Positions 57,261 through 64,000 of a stretch of DNA of 64,000 nt are shown piece after piece. The stretch lies in NCBI GenBank assembly GCA_964016885.1, contig OZ024747.1, positions 43,834,001 to 43,898,000 of the forward strand, in the 5' to 3' direction. How positions within the stretch are numbered: the stretch's first letter is position 1; each line of letters opens with the position of its first letter. The DNA comes from Eledone cirrhosa. Taxonomy: Eukaryota. A program made the translations under genes and the position numbers. The notes under the pieces were generated by a model. The model was given only the letters and a program-made list of their open reading frames with translations. It did not search any database and was not told the DNA's origin.

Positions 57261-59669
57261 TTTCTGGAAAACATACAGATGCGAAAAATATGTCGAAACA
57301 CATTCGAAATGGCTCTCTCTAACGGCACCCATACTCCCTCGTAAATACCTAATTACAGAAATTGCAGGAGAACCAGAAGAAGAAACAAAACTCCGATGGG
57401 AACTTACATTGACAAAATTCAGGACCGACATCTCCATTTCTGTATGTAAACAATCCCGCTACAAAGCCAAATATGAAGCTATTGATGACCAAATTGAAGT
57501 TGAAATTTCAAAGCTAACGACTGGTATTATAGCTGAAAAACTACGAGAACTATGGATCGGAGATATCTCAAAAGAAGAAAACAATCACGAAAGGTATGGC
57601 AGTAGAAACAATTATTTCTCGATGAATATGCTGCAAATTACGGTAAAGACTCTGGAACCCTGAGAAAAAGCATTAAAAGTGGACAATCTCATCAACACAA
57701 CATACGCCAGAACACGTGCCAACACAAACACTCACCTTACCTTGAATCAAAGAAGAACTACGGTAATAACTCTTCGCTTTTTCTACAAAAACACCCTATC
57801 GCACACAACATGAACAAAAAGCACAAACACGATAGGTATTCCTTTGACCAGACCATGAGAAGTAGTAAAACCAGGAGATCATTCTCAAGATCTCAACAGA
57901 GACCACCAACAAGGAATGTGGAAACAAAACATAGAATAACCAGATCACTCTCAAGATCTGAACAGAGATTGCCCACAAGAAACTGGACGAAAAAACGATC
58001 TAAACCTGAAAGCAAACCTAGGTCATTTTCCCAGATTGTTAAAAATAATGCTAACAGGAAGAAAAATAATATACAGAATACCAAAAATAGGACAAAATAC
58101 ATAACGAAACCAAATATAATATCACGACCAAAAGTTCATCAAGCGAACACCAACAGGAATATAAATCCTGAACAGAGAAAAATTCATTTTTTAACGTCAG
58201 GACAACAAAAACCGGAAAAAGAAAAACTCCAGGAGGAAACATACCCAAAACAGCTGTACACGTAGATCCTAAAATAATTAATTTATCTAAAAGAGATCTT
58301 GACAATGATGAAATGCAAATTCTGTCAACCACCAAGAACTGAAGGAGGATACCCAAGAATTCTGTCGAAAATTACGTCTTATAGAATTCTTCGCTGATAA
58401 AAATAATGAGAGTGATGAATCACTAGTAAAGAATAAATCAAATTTCACTCCGCCAAAAGGAAGAAATATCTATCTCGACCAATACATTGACATCCTGTCT
58501 AAATTTCCTCTTAGACATAATACTAATGTTAGGCCAAACATTAACAAATCAGAAATGTCTGCACTTAAACGTATACAAAATGATAAAACAATAATAATTA
58601 AACAAGCAGATAAAGGGGGTGCAGTTGTTATAATGGATACTGAATACTACAAGGATTTGGTTGAGGAACAACTGAAAGACAACATTCTATCATGAAATAC
58701 CGTCAAATATAGACCACAACATCATGAAGAAGATCAACAATCTGGCTTCAAAATACCACAACTCATTTACTGATAAGGAAAGAGACTACATCACCAATTT
58801 TGAGCCGAAACCCCGCAACCTGTATGGCCTACCGAAAGTTCACAAGTCAAAAGAAATACAACTGGCAGTAAGAGAACAAAACAGTGAGTACATTAAATTA
58901 TTACACCCAAAAGACTTAAAACTTAGACCTATTATAGCTGGTCCAACATGCCCCACTCACCGTCTAAGCAATTTTGTTGACATTATTTTGAAACCACTAT
59001 GTATTCACATACCCAGTTTCATCCGGGATGATATCGACTTCCTGTCCCATCGTCCCAAAACCACGGAAACGAATTCACTTCTACTCAGTTTTGATGTGGT
59101 AAGCCTTTACACCAACATTACACATGATTTAGGAATAAAGGCGGTTAAATACTGGGTGGAAAAACAGAGAAGTGATTCCCATTAGATTCACAGCGCCATT
59201 TATATTAGACGCAGTTAAACTTATTCTGGAAAACAACACTTTCTTCTTCAATGGAAAGAATTACATCCAAATTAGAGGCACAGCGATGGGAACAAAGTTT
59301 GCTCCCGTTTACGCGAACTCTGTAATGGGATACTTAGAACAACAACTCTACCAAGAAATAAAGGAAAAATATAGTACTGACTTTAGAAAGTACAATGAAA
59401 AATCTTGGAAGAGATACCTTGACAACTGTTTCATCATCTGGACAGAATCTCTAGATACTCTGGATGAGTTCAATATCCTCCTGAATAACCTACACCCAAG
59501 CTAAATGAACAATAATAACGCCTAGGGGTATTACTTCTACTACCACTATGACCACGACCACTAACAACAACAATAATAATAATAATAAAAGTGATGTTGA
59601 TGGTGATGATTAATAGAAAATGCTATTTTCATCATTTCAAAAAGCAAAACAATTGATATGTTGGATATG

Positions 59670-59845
59670 ACTATTGGTCGTTAGCATGCTCAACCAGCCG
59701 TGACGCTTAAACCAATCAGCTGTAGTAATTCAGTGAAACTACACACTGATTGGTTGAAATACAGTTTACAGGGCTTAGCATTCTGGAGCCACTTTTCTCT
59801 GTATAAAATGTATAAAAGGTAGGAAATTTACCCATCTCATTACAG
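59670..59845 (+). promoter_or_regulatory. Putative Pol II promoter inside the pLTR
   Basis: CCAAT boxes (attggt, ccaatcag, gattgg), TATA tataaaagg and Inr-like ctcattac upstream of the HHR; largely conserved in the 15140-15300 copy. Confidence 0.45.
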
Positions 59846-59880
59846 TTGAAAATTGCAAACTCGACTGTCACCACATATCA

Positions 59881-59919
59881 TGAACCTGAAGATTGCGAAA
59901 GCATGAAAGTACTTGTTCA
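59881..59919 (+). ncRNA. Minimal type I hammerhead ribozyme, intact core
   Basis: tgaac-CTGAAGA-ttgcgaaagcat-GAAA-gtac-TT-gttca. Confidence 0.85.
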
Positions 59920-59970
59920 ATTAACACTTAGAATTTAATATTCTATCATACTATTTCATTATAATACCAT

Positions 59971-60016
<46 letters not shown>

Positions 60017-60279
60017 CATATATATATACATATATATACACATATATATATATATACATATATATATACATATATATATACATATATATACACATATATA
60101 TATATATACATATATATATACATATATATATATACATATATATATATATACATATATATATACATACATATATATACACATATATACACATATATATACA
60201 CATATATATACACATATATATATACATACATATATATATATACATATATATACACATATATATATATATATATATACAC

Positions 60280-60310
<31 letters not shown>

Positions 60311-60352
60311 TATATATATATATACACATATATATATATATATATATATACA

Positions 60353-60386
<34 letters not shown>

Positions 60387-60398
60387 TACATATATACA

Positions 60399-60464
<66 letters not shown>

Positions 60465-60472
60465 CATACATA

Positions 60473-60770
60473 GTGAGTTCAATTCTCAGACCGGGTGATG
60501 TGTTGTTTCCTTGAGCAAGACACTTTATTTCACATTGCTCCAGTTTACTCAGCTGTAGAAATGAGATGATAGGGACTGGGGTCCCTATCATTCCACTGCA
60601 AAGTGGTCGTGGAGGTGCCACGGCAAAAAAGCACCCAGCACTCACTGTAAATGAGGTTGGTGTTAGGAAGGGCATCCAGCTGTAGAAATCAAGCCAGAAT
60701 CAGTTCCCGTCCCACCCTTGCAAGCAGGGAAAAGCGGACGTTAAATGATGATGATGATGATGATGATGAT
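60473..60770 (+). mobile_element. SINE family A, 5'-truncated, in a TA array
   Basis: Near-identical to 21250-21540; (GAT)n tail. Confidence 0.9.
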
Positions 60771-60801
60771 ATACATACATACATATATATATATATATAC
60801 A

Positions 60802-60835
<34 letters not shown>

Positions 60836-60948
60836 TACATACATACATACATACATATATATATATATACATATATATACATATACATATATATACATAT
60901 ATATACATATACATATATATACATATATATACATATACATATATATAC

Positions 60949-60979
<31 letters not shown>

Positions 60980-60990
60980 CATATATATAC

Positions 60991-61103
<113 letters not shown>

Positions 61104-61166
61104 CATATATATACATATATATATATATACATACATATATATACATATATATATATATACATATAC

Positions 61167-61197
<31 letters not shown>

Positions 61198-61364
61198 CAT
61201 ATATATACATACATATATATACATATATATATATACACACATATACACATATACATATACATATATATACATATATATATATACACATATACACATATAT
61301 ATATACATATATATACATATATATATATACACATATACACATATATATATATACACATATACAC

Positions 61365-61395
<31 letters not shown>

Positions 61396-61758
61396 CATAT
61401 ATACACATATACACATATATATATATACATATATATATATATACATATATACATATATATATATATATACATATATACATATATATATATATACACATAT
61501 ACACATATATATATACATATATATATATATATACATATATACATATATATATACATATATATATATACATATATATATATACATATATATATATACATAT
61601 ACATATATACATATACATACATATATATATACATATATATATATACATATATATATATATACATATACATATATACATATACATACATATATATACATAT
61701 ATATATATACATATATATATGAAATATAAGAATCAAAGAACTGTTCAAAACATTATTG

Positions 61759-61805
61759 TGCTTACAGCTGTTTCCTCCAAACCGAGGTTTGGATTCTTCG
61801 GAGCA
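61759..61805 (-). ncRNA. Type I hammerhead (mirror copy)
   Basis: Reverse complement of 62033-62079. Confidence 0.7.
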
Positions 61806-62032
61806 ATTTATTAATGCATGGACAGTTATATGACCTCCTTTTCAGCCGAGAGACATACCAATACATATTCAAACATTGTGGGTCAACATTCATTACAGAA
61901 TTTAGAGTGGCACTCTAAATTCTGTAATGAATGTTGACCCACAATGTTTGAATATGTATCAATGTTTGAATATGTATTGGTATGTCTCTCGGCTGAAAAG
62001 GAGGTCATATAACTGTCCATGCATTAATAAAT

Positions 62033-62079
62033 TGCTCCGAAGAATCCAAACCTCGGTTTGGAGGAAACAGCTGTAAGCA
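62033..62079 (+). ncRNA. Type I hammerhead, core U4 changed to C
   Basis: tgct-CCGAAGA-atccaaacc(tc)ggtttggag-GAAA-cagctg-TA-agca; palindromic stem III acagctgt. Confidence 0.75.
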
Positions 62080-62283
62080 CAATAATGTTTTGAACAGTTC
62101 TTTGATTCTTATATTTCATATAACTGCTCTGTAAATCATCTGATGTTTTTACATTGAGCTACTTAACTTACTGGTAATAAGGTAGTAATACATTACTGCC
62201 TACCACTATTTAGGGTGTGTGTAAAATACTTACAACTGCTTAAGGTTTTGTGTTTACATAACCATAAATAGTATAACTAATAC

Positions 62284-64000
<1,717 letters not shown>

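Larger units (their letters stand above)
57261..59970 (+). mobile_element. Penelope-like element, frameshifted, with the region after the RT catalytic motif and the GIY-YIG deleted; 3' pLTR
   Basis: IKQADKGGAVVIM, YGLPKVHK, RPIIAG, FDVVSLYTNI, GTAMGTKFAP, RYLDN: diagnostic PLE RT motifs. Confidence 0.93.
61716..62122. repeat. ~400-bp near-perfect palindrome (axis at 61910)
   Basis: Arms are reverse complements apart from an 18-bp duplication (61942-61977) in the right arm. Confidence 0.95.

Overview
AT-rich eukaryotic, repeat-dominated DNA; the SINE/LINE/microsatellite make-up looks cephalopod (Octopus-like), which is an inference. No host gene can be called with confidence, and almost all long ORFs in the track are artefacts of very long (TA)n/(CA)n arrays. 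Recognisable content: a CR1/L2-group LINE RT fragment; several RTE-group LINE pieces, including a near-intact ORF with a PHD finger and a copy with a 5' inversion; several Penelope-like elements (PLEs); tRNA-derived SINE families; and TTAA-flanked piggyBac-type MITEs. The main unannotated signal is about 10 type I hammerhead ribozyme (HHR) motifs from about 7 unrelated sequence families, nearly all a short distance upstream of a junction with a (TA)n array. One family forms a ~400-bp fold-back with mirror-image hammerheads. The microsatellites have a strongly one-sided polarity (CA on +, TG on -), and several weak minus-strand exon candidates suggest the window is intronic in a minus-strand gene.
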